NCBI GenBank assembly: GCA_030141605.1
Contig: JAQGDQ010000126.1
Coordinates: 124,001-188,000 of the forward strand
Origin: Tubiluchus corallicola
Lineage: Eukaryota; Animalia; Priapulida
DNA: 64,000 nt
Reading direction: 5' to 3'
Shown one piece after another: positions 37,081-50,240 of this stretch (position 1 is its first letter; the number at the start of each line of letters is the position of its first letter). The position numbers and the translations under genes were made by a program. The notes under the pieces were generated by a model. That model made no database searches and was not told the DNA's origin. It was given only the letters and a program-made list of their open reading frames with translations.

Positions 37081-40000
37081 AATGTGTTACAGCTAGTGGT
37101 TTATTTTGAGAGTACATTTCAAAATACGATGCACTCTTCGAAATGGAAAGTTTTATTCTACGACAGGACCTGGAAACAGAAATTAGGTATAAGAGAATTT
37201 AATGAGAGCGTGGATCAGTATATTTTATCGAAAAATCGCACGTTGATAGAATGCTGTCTTTGTCTATTTAGTCTACAGCAATAAAAAAGGAATTTTTACG
37301 TTAGACGTTGTAGTAATCTTGCATTTCAGTGAAGGAAATATGTAACTCACATAAAAAATATCACAACAACATAATGTATAAGCCTACTACATTGGCCAAG
37401 GAAGTAAAGACTATTGATTGACCACAACATCAGTAATATTTCTGTGTGTATTTCGATTACACCGAACGTTCGCATAAGTTATGCGCTAAAAATCCTAAAT
37501 TCTTTGCATTTTCTGGGTATTGGCCATTTAAATTACATTAGGAACCCACTCGTTATCAGCGAACAAAAATATTGCGGTTATTCGTGATTATGGTAAATTT
37601 AGGAAAATTGGCTTGTAATACAAGTAAATAAACAAAAAACTTAGTACTTTAGTAACGACAACAAAACTGGCGTTTTTACCAAGTTGTAGAACAGCTGAAA
37701 ATGCAGCTTTAGAAGCAAAAATGCCAACAAAAAATGTTTTGTAATTTAGCACATAAAGCTGAAAAATAATGTTGTAGCCTAAAATAATCATTGGCATTAT
37801 ATTACGAGTTTTATTACGGCACTGACGATTATTCCTCTAAAACTGGAAAAGCCATGCATTGATTGATAAAATGGAAAGCAAATATCCATAACTGCACGAT
37901 GGCGGCATCTACTGCACAAATGGGCAATTATACAGTTTGCTTGTACCGTCATTACCGGCACTTTGTATAGGTGCAGTTATGTGTTTGAAAAAAATAGCAA
38001 TTGTCATACCAACACCGCCCCCCCCCCATATGGTCAATCATAAACAGAAATACTATTCACTTATGTATTATTTTGTACAAAAAATCCCCATACATTCACA
38101 ACATGCATAGCCATATCGTACACTGGACAAGTCTGAAGTCAAGACTAATTAAAATCATTTATTTGATCATGACGTTTCACAAAAACAACTTGCTTTTTTC
38201 AAATGAGCTAAAAATCATGCTAATGAATGTTTTTAAAAACTTCACAAATGTACACCAAATTAAAAAATAATAGTATATAGTGAACTGTTTTTAATGTGCA
38301 TTCATGGAGTATAAGAGACTATTTTTTTAATTGTACTGTTAAATTCTACATCAAAATTGCTGAGTATAAACCGAGTATAAAAAATTAACTTAAAATCTTT
38401 AGTTCCATTATTGCACTTGATTTTTAAGTGACATCACGTTAGGAACGACACTGCACATGTGTGACTCTCGCTGTATTTACATGTGGGCAAAATCAAGCGA
38501 TATGCTGGTAATGAAGAGATTGGGGTAGTCAGATTTTGGTATTTTAGTGTTAAGCTCAAATAATAGGTTTGTCCACACTTACTTGAATGCACGATATTTT
38601 ATAGACGAAAAAGAAAAAAATATTAATAACGAAGTACAACGTGTAAAAGCTGCAGTGTGACAACACTGGTATTTCGCGCTGCGCTGCTTTCTTGTTCATT
38701 TTCTTATCACTTCTGTTTTATAAATGTCTTACTGGCAAGGTATCTTTTGCCAAACATCACGTTCAGACAATGCTTTCTGACAAACAGTGATCGTTTTCAC
38801 GTTTTTTAGCACATAAAATTGTAAAAATAACAGCGGATTCTTGGGCACTAATGACAGATGATTTTGTTCCCTGGGCTTTACCGATGTTTTGAGCCTGTGC
38901 AGACCAGGTATACTGTCTGACTTAATGCGAGGTTCAAAAGTAAAAGAAAACGGACAGCTAAGAAGAATTGCCAACGGTGCTTAATTTAAGTTTCCATATC
39001 ACATAAAAGCATGCATCAAAACTGTCTAAAATATTAGGAAATATGTAATTTGCCTATGCTTCAAAAGAAAATAGCATAAAAATAGTGTCATAGGACCTTT
39101 AAAACCAAACACCGTAAAAAACATGCAAAACTTCTCACAATGAGCACCGTGGCAAAAGGAGACAATTTGAAATTGCTTGAACAGCAAACTGTAGCTGACT
39201 AATTAATGGAAGCCACATTAGGCAATCAGTGGGAAGTTTGAATAAGGGTAAAAATGGAAAGGGTTGCTATTACATTTTGACTGAAAAGGACTATGTGCAG
39301 ACAGAAGAGAAATGATTATTGACGGGGAAAACCATGTAAGGAGGAGGTTGTACACAAACTGTAACATGACGGAATTTTGGTCTAAGGACTTCAAACAAAA
39401 TATGTAAATTGTTTAAACTCTACGGAGATCGTTACCTGATTAATTGTTAATAGGCAGCCTAGTGATTGCTTTACATAACTTCAGTGTCCAATCACCAAAT
39501 GTAAATTAACGCAAAACAGTAAATAATTACTATGAAAAAATCAACACTTTTGTAGGTTTATTGAAATTAAAGCTGCATTCACATCATAAAAATTAAATGA
39601 TGTAAATGACAGTGAAATATGTTGTATGATAGCAAAATAAAGCTTTAACACTGACAAAACGGATTTCTAATCAGAATTACAATTTATAAGCAATATACAG
39701 GGTGTGCACAAAGTAAAGCCCCATTCCCTTCAAGGTAATGAAGGGATAGTAAGAAGGCAGGTCAGTGGGACACGCCATAGACTATACTTCCCCAGCAGGC
39801 CTGAGTCTTTTTACTAGCAAGTCCCAAGCTTCACTTCAAGAATTTAATGATCGACGTGTGGCAAACAGTTAATGTTCCTCTAGATATTAGAAAATGTAGT
39901 AATGATACGTCTTACCGGCAACTTGTTCTGCACAGAATAAGTCTGACTCTGCATACATCAACACTATGGCAAATGACTGTCTGTCCCATACCAAAATATG

Positions 40001-40609
40001 GCTTTGCACCTCAGATTGATGTATATAGGATAGTTGACTTTGACTGAGGGTCTAGCCTACCAACATCACCAGCTACAGCTACACCAAGCTAACTATTGTC
40101 GGCTCCAAAACCAATTTCATGTTGTCACCAACATTTATTTACTGCTTTTTATTAACATGGCTGCTTTTAACATCCAAAGGTAAGCAGCTCTCTACCTGAA
40201 CTAACTTTTCTAGGTCACTGTTCTGAGTTCCACTCACTATACATGTACACTGTCAAGGTGTATCTGTATGGCATATCTAAAAATGACATCTCCACGCAGA
40301 TGTGCAAAACAAGTGAAGTTTATACGAGGAAACATATATCTTGGTTTCAACATATTGAATATTCATCCATGATGATCATCCATTCTGTAATTCAATCACT
40401 AACAGGGAGTTAGCTGGTACAAAGGAAAATAAAGGTTTGGGCTACCCCCATTAACTAAATTAAACATGGATCTGCCTTTACTTAGCTTAAATAAAAACTC
40501 GAGATAAGAAAGTAACTGCCAACTAGTGGCAAAGAAAGTCAAAAATTATACAACATAAATTGATCAATGTAAATAAGCAAATAACAGCAGACATATCATA
40601 ACCAAAATG

Positions 40610-40790
40610 TTACACAAACCCTTCAGTTTTAACGTTGAGGAGTGGTTCTATGTTGTTTATATAAAAAGCTTCCTTAACAAGTAAATCATATTTTTTCTGT
40701 ATCAATAAATGTGAAATTTTCTTCAGTAAAGCTGCAACTGCAACATTTAAATTTGGGTATCACAGAATCAGACCCTAATTTGCTGTTTTT
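40610..40790 (-). mobile_element. Penelope-like GIY-YIG endonuclease C-terminal remnant
   Basis: FTEENFTFID..KYDLLVKEAFYINNIEPLLN matches the PLE pattern F..L..L.IKE...I....P.LN. Confidence 0.6.
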
Positions 40791-43119
40791 TTTTTCTTAG
40801 CACGTACAATTGAAAACAAATTGTTAGTGCTAACGAATACTGGTCGAATGAGTGTTCCCTTGAAAACTGTTGGCATTAATTTTGTTGTTAATTAATACAT
40901 CATTGACGTAAGATAACTTCACGTATTTGGTTGGTATATTTGATGTACCGGAATCAGGCATTTGACTAGACATGTTTGCATCATGCATGCTCTAGCTGTT
41001 TGTTTTCTGATAATACGCTTTATTTTATGAAATTTCTAGGCCACATTTAGTGGCACTTCTAGCTCCAAATTTAATGTGGTTTGAGAAGAGTAAAATTTCA
41101 GGGCTTGGTTTAGTAACGAATTAAGGGTAGAATACTCAAACTTGTACTCATACTCAAAACTTATACTCATACTCATACTCAAAGGACCAATGGGACAACC
41201 TATTGAGCAGCTATCTGAATGTATACCTTGTCAATGCACACAATGTGTTGATTTTTACTACAAAGAACTTTTCTACAATGCTACCAACCAATGAATTTGC
41301 AACTGCTCTCTATCAAAAAATGACTGACTCATATGTGCTGGATGTTTTGTTCTGAAATAGCGTGTCTCAAGTAACTCAATTACACATCAATTGGAATATT
41401 TGTGTATAGTGACTCAACATCAAAAGATGTCGTAGACTGACCTGTGGTCATGCAGTCGGACATCATCAATGAAATCAGTTACTTTTGAAATGCCGTACTG
41501 AGAGCAACAAAATGGAGTAATCAATTTTGCTAAGAAAAACGCTAGACTACGGTGATACGAATTTGAAGCCGACAAAATGGGTCTAACCAGACAACCTGCT
41601 TAGTTACGCCACAAAAGTATGGTTGATGCAAAAATGATTTTGCTATTCTGTCTGAAAGATTTGGAACTTCTTAAAAAAAGTATCAATGGCCTTGGCACCC
41701 TTTTTAACTGAAGGACGGCCTCGCTTTTCGGCCCAAAAATTTCAGTAATCCAATATATCATTCAGTTTGTTATAATACCAAGACTTTGTCATTACTACTA
41801 AGGAGTTTTCATGGCTGGCTTTTTTAACCACTAGATTTCTAATCTCAATCTTTTTCACTAGGTCAACAGAACTGACTGACTGTTGTGCTAATTTTTTTTT
41901 ACACCCAGTTTGTATTCGTACTGAAAAGCAGAAAAGGTATGATGTTGGATGCCATCAGTCTTTTAGAGCAGAGTAAGCTTGTTTGTTCAAAAATAACTTT
42001 ATCTGACAGTGTGAGGATGACTTCACCACAGGTGCATTCACTGATAGGCTAATGATAACTAATCGAAGGATTGATGCAAAATGATGTATATGTGTGCATG
42101 TGCATGTGTGTCAACGTATGGTGCCATTTATCAGCAAAATGGTACTTTTTTTATTCATCACACTCTTATTTTAAAATTTGAAATGCACTAGTTGATTTCT
42201 ATTAATCTTTCCTTGAGAGATGCTTTCATCAGAGGGTTCATCATGGTTGCTTAAGAGCTTCCTATCATGTAAAAGTAAAAATAGAAAGTTCAAAAACCAT
42301 AAATAAACATTAAAATTTTGGCATTTTATAAAACTTGGATACCAAAATAATCGAACCTAAGAAAAAATGTACTGGTAATTTCTTTTTCTCAACAACCTCT
42401 TACAGCGATACAAGAATAGTGACTATGTATCAATCAGTTACTGTGCGACACATGGCACTTTGAAGATGCTTAACCCTACGGAAACGTTTGACATTTATAT
42501 TTTTTCAGGACACAATTTACTACTAGGGGTGTTTTAGGTTCGGGTCGGGATCAGTGATTCATGATTGCCATTTAAGACACTTTAGAGGGATTTTTCGGGG
42601 CTCAGGTCAGGAAGTTTCAGACTTCCAGACCCTGAACCATAAATATAATCATCAGTTAATAGATATCAGAAAATTACAGCAAAAATCAGCTGTTTTAGCT
42701 CCATCCTCTCAACATTGATAACTACGACACGACTTACTCACTGGTATGTTCAAATGGTTTCGCTATAGCGGTTAATGAAATGGAATGTCACAGAAAGTGC
42801 TTTCAGTATTGGTGGTGAGAGAGAAAGCCTCAGTGAGTAGTAATGATTTCAGGAAGTTACTATTCTAACGATCAGTTGTTTCTTTCCAGGAGAAATTACA
42901 ACCTGTTTAGATACTTGCTGTTGTTCAATACATTTAATTATTATTTTTATTTTTGCAAATATCTGTATAAAGATTTCGAGGTAACTTTTAATTTAATATT
43001 ATAAGTATTATAGGTATATGTATTATTGAGATTTAGAGATTCTGTTACACAATAAAATACAAAACTCTATCATCACCAATACGCGATATTATTAATATTG
43101 ACCATAAAAAGCTACTTAC

Positions 43120-43524
43120 AATGCTTTGTGCAACACCATCGTCTGCTTTACCAGGCTTACATATAGAATCATTTTCTGGTGTTGTGCCATAAGCATCTTC
43201 ATTGGACAAATTATGAATTCCACTATCTGGGGAATAAAATGTATTATTTCTGAAGTGGACGGAAAAGCTTCCCGGTCGACGAGACATTTTCATTTCTTGT
43301 TCGTCATCAAACTTATTTCTGGAAATGTCTGGGTTGCTATTAAATGCTCTGGATGACACACTGTCCAAGCCATGTCTATCCTTGCTGCGGTTTCGCAATC
43401 GCTGTGTCGATTTTTTGAAACTTCGCCACATTCGTTTTCGTCTACTTAATGACCGTGTACCTGGTTGGCTCGATGATGCCTGAACACTATCATCAATCTC
43501 GGAACTTTGCTGACGATCATTCAT
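43120..43524 (-). CDS. MCTP: Probable N-terminal coding exon of the long MCTP isoform (MNDRQQSSEIDDSV...DDGVAQSI)
   Basis: 135 open codons with disordered Ser/Arg/Lys-rich composition and a phase-0 donor att|gtaagt. Candidate acceptors at 43574 or 43595 imply a further upstream exon. The start codon is uncertain. Confidence 0.7.
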
Positions 43525-44934
43525 TGCGTGAGGACACCATTCTTGCCTTTCCAATTGTTCTTTATTAACTTGCCCTGGAATAAAAATCATTATACCTGAA
43601 CATGAGAACAAAAATTTAAACATGCTCTCAAACTGTAGAACCCTATACCTATACAAGAAGAAGAAATAGCTCTTTATGTAGCAAATCACAACTTTGTTGT
43701 GGAGTAAAAATTACCATATCACTTCACTACTGTGTCAATGGCAGTGAACTTGTAAAAAATACAAAATTCATTTGTTGCAATTTAAATCTGACACATGCAA
43801 TATAAGTGAAGTAAAAACTAAAAAGAAAAAAAACTAACACAAAATTCCGGAATATTTGGAATAACAATAATTGAATACTAGAGCTGTTTAGAAGATGTTT
43901 TCTGTTGTCCTTTTCTATAAAAAACTGTATCAGAGAAAAATAGGACAATTGTGCACATGAAGTTCTTAGTTAAAATACTTATCATTTTTTGGTTGAAACT
44001 TATTACAAGTGTGCACTGATAAATTGGTAAAGAAATAATGCTGATGTATCTGACAAAATTAGAACTGAATTATGTGCAACAAATTAAATTAATGCTGAAG
44101 GTTAAGTAAAATTAAAAGAGATATGTCCCAATATAATAACTAGCCTGGTTATGCCAGGAAAGCACAGTATTTAAAGAGTGTTAGAAGAGCACTGGCAAAA
44201 CTTGGTTAATAGCATCAGGGGGATGGCATATTGCAATGAAAATTGCTCTCTGACAATTTTATACAAATTGTATTGATGATACACATCATGAAGCAAAAAT
44301 ATTTTTTACACATCTTATTTTGTGTACAAACACATCTTCAGTTGGACTACCGCTAAAACATCCTGAAACAAAAATTCTTGTGATGCTAGGGCATTTATTG
44401 TAGACACATGACTAAGTTTAACACATTTAAAAAATCTCTTAAAATAATTTTATTTAAGAAATTACATTAACATAGCCTTAGGTCATTTCACATTCCATGT
44501 GAAACAACCTGAAGCTTCCATCCCCCTCATGACCACCACAATCTTTATTTAAAATAATACCAAAGATATTTTAGGTCTTCTTATAGTTTAGGGTGGAATG
44601 GGGCTTGAAGTTTATCTAGTGGACTCCACCTTTCTGGCTCGCAAGTGCAAAATTTTTCCACAACTTTAGGCGCTTACTAATTGCCATGAAAGGCACATAG
44701 AAACACGAAATTGCAAATATTTTTGTCTGGCACCGGAATTTAAAAATTTTGCTGTTAGGATGACTCCAGACCACATAGTTTATTAATTACAACATGTTTA
44801 AGATACTGTTTCTGAGAATTTAGAGGTGGATTTCATTATCAAAATTCAATGAAGCATTGTGAATGTTTAACTTTGAGCTGAAAAGATAAAGTAACTAAAA
44901 GAGTAATATTATGCTGTGTGTGTGTGTGTATACA

Positions 44935-44975
<41 letters not shown>

Positions 44976-46179
44976 GCTAATACTAATATATTCACATGTA
45001 TTAGTGTACTGTTCAAAACCAGCAGAATTACTACAGTAAACCAAGTGTCAACAAATAACAAATAGTGCCATGAAAGTATAATTAAAGCTACTATGAGCTT
45101 GTGGAATAATCAGACACAGGATAAGCTAACATCTAACAGCTACACTAGTAAACTATAAGAAAAGATTAAAATGTACAAGGCCAGCCACAAAAAAATTGTT
45201 TCTGTGCGAGCTCAAAAGATGTTAGGAGGAAAATTTTTTTTAATTAGTAGGAGGAAATTTTTTTTAAAGTTTTGTGAATGCTTAAAACTGAATCGTGGAA
45301 TATTTAAAATCAGTTGAAATCAAAGTTTCTTTATTTCCCACTGGTTACAGTAATGTTTTAAATCTTTCAAAGCACATTTTTCACGGTTTGTTCTTTAGTT
45401 TTTGTTCTGAATTACTAAATTATCGCATAGTCTCCTTTTTGCACGGTAGAACACATGTACTGATAAATAAATGGTAAAGCGGCAACACTAGTCGGTTGTT
45501 AATACACTAACTTTGTGGAAAACAAGATACTTTTTAGCCTCCAATATAGAAACAGCACCTCTGGCCGAATGTTAGCCTTTGAAAAACATGGCTATAGATC
45601 CTCATCGAAACTACATTATAATAATTATTGTTTTACATTTTAAATTAAAATAATACGCTTTTACACAACTTTGTCAGGGAAATATATGAATGTTTAAAAA
45701 ATTATAAAATTCCTGAACGGGTGTGCAATAAAAAAATATTACCCGGGCGATTAGATGGAACGGGAAGTATTTTTTTGTCGGCCCAATCTTAACAAAATTC
45801 ACTGTACCCACCAACTGACACGATTTCGACAAATCATCAAATATGAAATTCATTTTCACGAAACCGTAAATATCTTTCATACTCAGTCTTTTTGTGCAGT
45901 GATTTGACTTGTGTTAACCATTATGTTCTTTACACATTTATGTTGTGTACATTAGGTGTGTTGTCTTAGAATGGTCTGAATCTATTGCCAACTATCAGTC
46001 CAGTCACAATTTAGTTAAGTCCGGTTCAGTCCAGTTAAATTTTTAGGGGTTATGCTTCAAGAAAATCGAGATTGGAGGGGACATATTAATTATATAAGTT
46101 CAAAAATTGCAAAAAATGCTGGCATCATCTCAATTATTAAAAATAAATTACACAAAATTCACTATATAACTGGCTAATA

Positions 46180-47040
46180 TTATTCTATTTAACTTACTGT
46201 TGTAATCTATGGGGAAATCATATCCAACAAATTTAAATTACTTAGCCAAACACCAGTGTAAGTTTTTGAGAATCACTTATAATTTATAACTAAATATAAC
46301 TAAGCCGCAATTGAACCCTTTTTATAACTGTGGAATTTAAAATTTAAATGACTTAGTTTCTTACGACCTTGCTATCTATATGTAGAAAATACACCACAAT
46401 TTATTACCCCCGCATCTCATAAATCCTGTTGTACATAATCACTTCAACAGATTTAATCAGTATAATATTCCATTGTGCAGGACTAATGTTGATAGACACT
46501 TTGTAAAATTTACCGCTCCAAATCTATGGAACAAAATGTCAATTAATGCAACACCACATCAACAATTATATGGCTTTAAAAGATATATGAAATCTCTTCT
46601 ACTCAAATCCTACTTATAATGCATTTTTTGGGTTTTGCTATGAAATGCGATAGTCACAGTATCTCCAGCGACTAGTTATTTTACAGTTCACATTTTCATA
46701 CTTTTGCATCACACCTCTGCTGAACTCCTTTCTATTTCATTTCTCTTCTCTTTTTCTCTATGTTATTCTCTTACTTTATCTTTATTATTCTCTGTTTTTC
46801 TATAATTCTTTCTTTTGTTAGCTAAGCAGTTTTTCCCACTTTTCATGGTGGTTTCACAAGCTTTGCTTTTTGACCATTATGCAGCATAATTTTCTGGTTG
46901 ATAAACTATTAAGTACTTTAGTAACTATATTATTTCCATTCGTGGACGCAACATACAATTACATACATAATAAATTGTACCCATGTGAATATGTTGTTTT
47001 AATGTTGGTGAATAAAGATTTTATCTATCTATTTGTCTGT
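46180..47040 (+). mobile_element. LINE (L2/Crack-like) 3' end
   Basis: YNIPLCRTNVDRHFVKFTAPNLWNKM, then a pyrimidine-rich UTR, AATAAA and a TATC-repeat tail. Confidence 0.6.
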
Positions 47041-47079
47041 TATAAATTAAAATTGAATTTAGTTCTACTGTAGCATTTG

Positions 47080-47720
47080 TACAAACACGTGAGCGCGCCT
47101 TGGGTTTCTGAGTAGGAAATAGCCTTCTAAGTAGCACAATTGTTACTCTCCCGGATAGAAAACCCGACGGACATTGGACGTGGGAGTTTAAATTTTCAAG
47201 TTTTATACAGCGTTGCTAAGCACTAATACCAGCTCTGTGCGCAACAAAGCAGTACGTAAGCGATACAACATTTCAAGACGAATTTTTTTTATCCAAGCAC
47301 AGGGTTTTTTGTGCTTTAATAAACAATTAGGTAGTTGCAATGATGGCGCCGCCACTTGCAATATACATAAGTAACATTATACATACCAATATATTTAACG
47401 CAACTATGCCAAAAATCTGATAAAACCCGGGTCAAGAACACAATTACGTTTCACCTCTTATGCGCGTCAAGCCAGCCGCTAGCTGCAGCAAAAGCGTGAC
47501 TGTCATGAAGACATGTGGGAAACGTAACATTCATGGTATTGAAAACACTAGCTCGGGCGAATCGATTTTCAATTTTTCTTACTTATCCAATCCACGCTCG
47601 AGTGCACGATCTCGGTTTGGTGCAAGTTTTGGTTTTTGACGCACAAGCCCAGTACGCTGAGTACAGGTGCACTTTGAATCTTGAAAATTTGCTAAACGGT
47701 CATCCAATTCGTAATTCCTA
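47080..47720 (-). promoter_or_regulatory. CpG-rich region, candidate distal MCTP promoter / non-coding first exon
   Basis: Sharp CpG enrichment 3.5-4 kb upstream of the 43.5-kb exon. Possible donor gag|gtgaaa near 47454. Confidence 0.35.
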
Positions 47721-47736
47721 CTTATATGAAATAATT

Positions 47737-47910
47737 ATAAATTTATAATACATTATTTTTGGGGGGCAATTGTTTTGAGTACCCTTTAGACACTGTGTTA
47801 TACCAAGTATTTGTCACTTAATTTAAATTTATAATACAATATTTTTGGAGCAACTGTTTTGAGTACCCTTTAGGTACTATGTTATACCAAGTATTTTGCG
47901 ACTTAATTTT
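47737..47910. repeat. ~87-bp tandem duplication
   Basis: AAATTTATAATACA..TGTTTTGAGTACCCTTTAG..TGTTATACCAAGTATTT..ACTTAATTT occurs twice. Confidence 0.85.
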
Positions 47911-48329
47911 GCAACAAGGACTAGATCAACTTGTAAATTTGCCACCAAGGGTAGATCCTTGCTCTGATCGTGCATCCTTTCTAGATCTTCTTTCTATTGA
48001 TGAAGCATTTGTACTGAATGTTCAAGTTACTGCTAACAACTGATCATGCAGCTATAACATTCCAGCAATGCCGCGTATAGGGCGCGGAGTACGCTACTAG
48101 CCGGAGTACGCTACTTAAGTTAAAGCGCATTGTGGAAAAGCAGTGACGTACATGGGCAGCCAAGTAGGGCACTTGCGATTTCTGTCGAGAATCGAGAATT
48201 ATGACATCATAAAACATAAAATTAAATTTATGTAACTTTAAAATAAAGACGGATAGTCCTTGACAATGTATTTTTTACAATAATATCATCATTATTATTA
48301 GCCTCATTAATATCATCAATTTTTTAATT

Positions 48330-49830
48330 ATTATTAATAAATAAACAAGGACAACGGATGCTACCAGCACGGTTAACGACTCAATTCGTGACCTGTCACT
48401 AGTGTCTAGCGACGTCAATTGTCCTACTTTGGCTACTGTCCTACTCCGCTCCCAACACCAGGGTCTAGCAATGACAGGGTCCGGAACTGGTATGTGGTAA
48501 TGACTTACCAACTTAATCGGCGAATTAGATTGGGATAGCATAAAATGTGAGCTTGGTGCAGTTAATTGGCCAAACTTCTTTAGTACTACAACTAATATAG
48601 AAGGTGCCTGGAACAAGTTTTAGAGCACTCTAGCTGATTTTTTGACAGGCACGTACCTTTCAAACATATTAAAACTAAGCACTACAAAACCAAACATCCT
48701 CCTTATATTAGAAGGATCATTGAAAAAAAGGCATTTATACCGTAACAGAAATACTTCAGAATTGATCAAATGAGAGTACAATAGTGCTAATAAAACAAAT
48801 TTTTCAGTTTTGTATGCAAGTAACTCTGTAATGGTAACGGTGTATCTCCTTTGTACAACTCTGAGGGGCAATTAATTACTGATGATGTCTCTAAGGCAAA
48901 TGTTTTAAATACTTGCTTTGCTCAAAATTTTACTTTAGATAACGGTCAGGTACCTCATATTGATGACAAAATTGATGAAGGGATTGACTTTGTCAGATTT
49001 CCCCCAATGAAAATAAGAAAAGCTATTTATAAGCTCAAATCAAAGAAAAGCTGCACACCTGATGAGCTTCCAGCTATTATATTTAAGAAACTTGTAAATG
49101 TTCTTTGTTTGCCGTTATCCTTCATGTTATTTTGAAATATCGTTTACGGAGGGTGTTATTCCAGCTATTTGGAAAAGGGCTGATGTAAATCCATTTACAA
49201 AAAAGGTGAAAGCTCTGACCCAGACAATTACAGACCTGTGTCTTTGACATGTATATCTTGTAAACTCATGGAATCAGTTACCTATGAAAGTGTTATAGAA
49301 TACTTAAGATTTAAAAATTTGTTGACCCGGGAGCAAAATGGTTTTCTTTCAGGTAGAATCCTGGTAGATCAACGTGTACTCAATTATTAGAATATTTAAA
49401 TGATTGGAATCTTGCTTTGGATCTGGATGCCAATGTAAATGTTGTATTAATTGACTTTAAGAAGACATTTGACACGGTTAACCATCCAAAACTCTTGACC
49501 AAACTTAAATATCTTGGTATTCATGGATACCTACTGAATTGGATTACCTGTCTTTTATTAAATAGGACCCAGCAAGTTGTTATTTTTAGCTCTTTTTTCC
49601 AACTATGTGCCTGTAACATCAGGAGTACCACAGGGCAGTATATTCGGGCATTTCTTATTTTTGTTATCGATAAATGATCTGCCAGATAATGTACGACTGG
49701 TAACTCTAAAATTATTTGCTGATGATGCCAAAGTGTATCAATGGACTAAAAATTATGGTACTTCAGATATCCAGTCAAAACATGGACAGACCTTTGGCAA
49801 CTGACCATAGCTATACCTGAATATAACCCA
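48330..49830 (+). mobile_element. Decayed CR1-like LINE ORF2 fragment
   Basis: Motifs KANVLNTCFAQNFT, KKSCTPDELP, NYRPVSLTCI, IDFKKTFDTVNH, SGVPQGSIFG and KLFADDAK. Confidence 0.9.
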
Positions 49831-50240
49831 GTCTTGAAGTCTTGAATAATATACTTCTAAAAAGTCTTTGACGACATACTAGAAGTTTTGGGGTGCACAT
49901 GGTTAGTATACATGCTGCAACTCATTAACTGGTGATGGTATTAGAGGTTGTGAGAAGAGGTGAAACAAGCAAAAAAAAATTGGTGGGTGCAGGCTAAAAA
50001 CACAGATTTACAGACATGTTAGGCGGGATGGCACCCTCATGGTAGAAACAGCAGAGGGTGCTAGTGGTCGGAAGTGATCTCTAGAAGTGATTTCTCTGAT
50101 ATCTGGTGGAAGTTTGTTCTACAAACATATTGCTCTGGGTTAGGAGTATAAATAAATATTGACTCTTGCTGATGGCTGAACAAATTTGTTGTTAACTTTG
50201 AGAGATGGGGCGATGTAAGTTAATAAATTTATACCTATCC

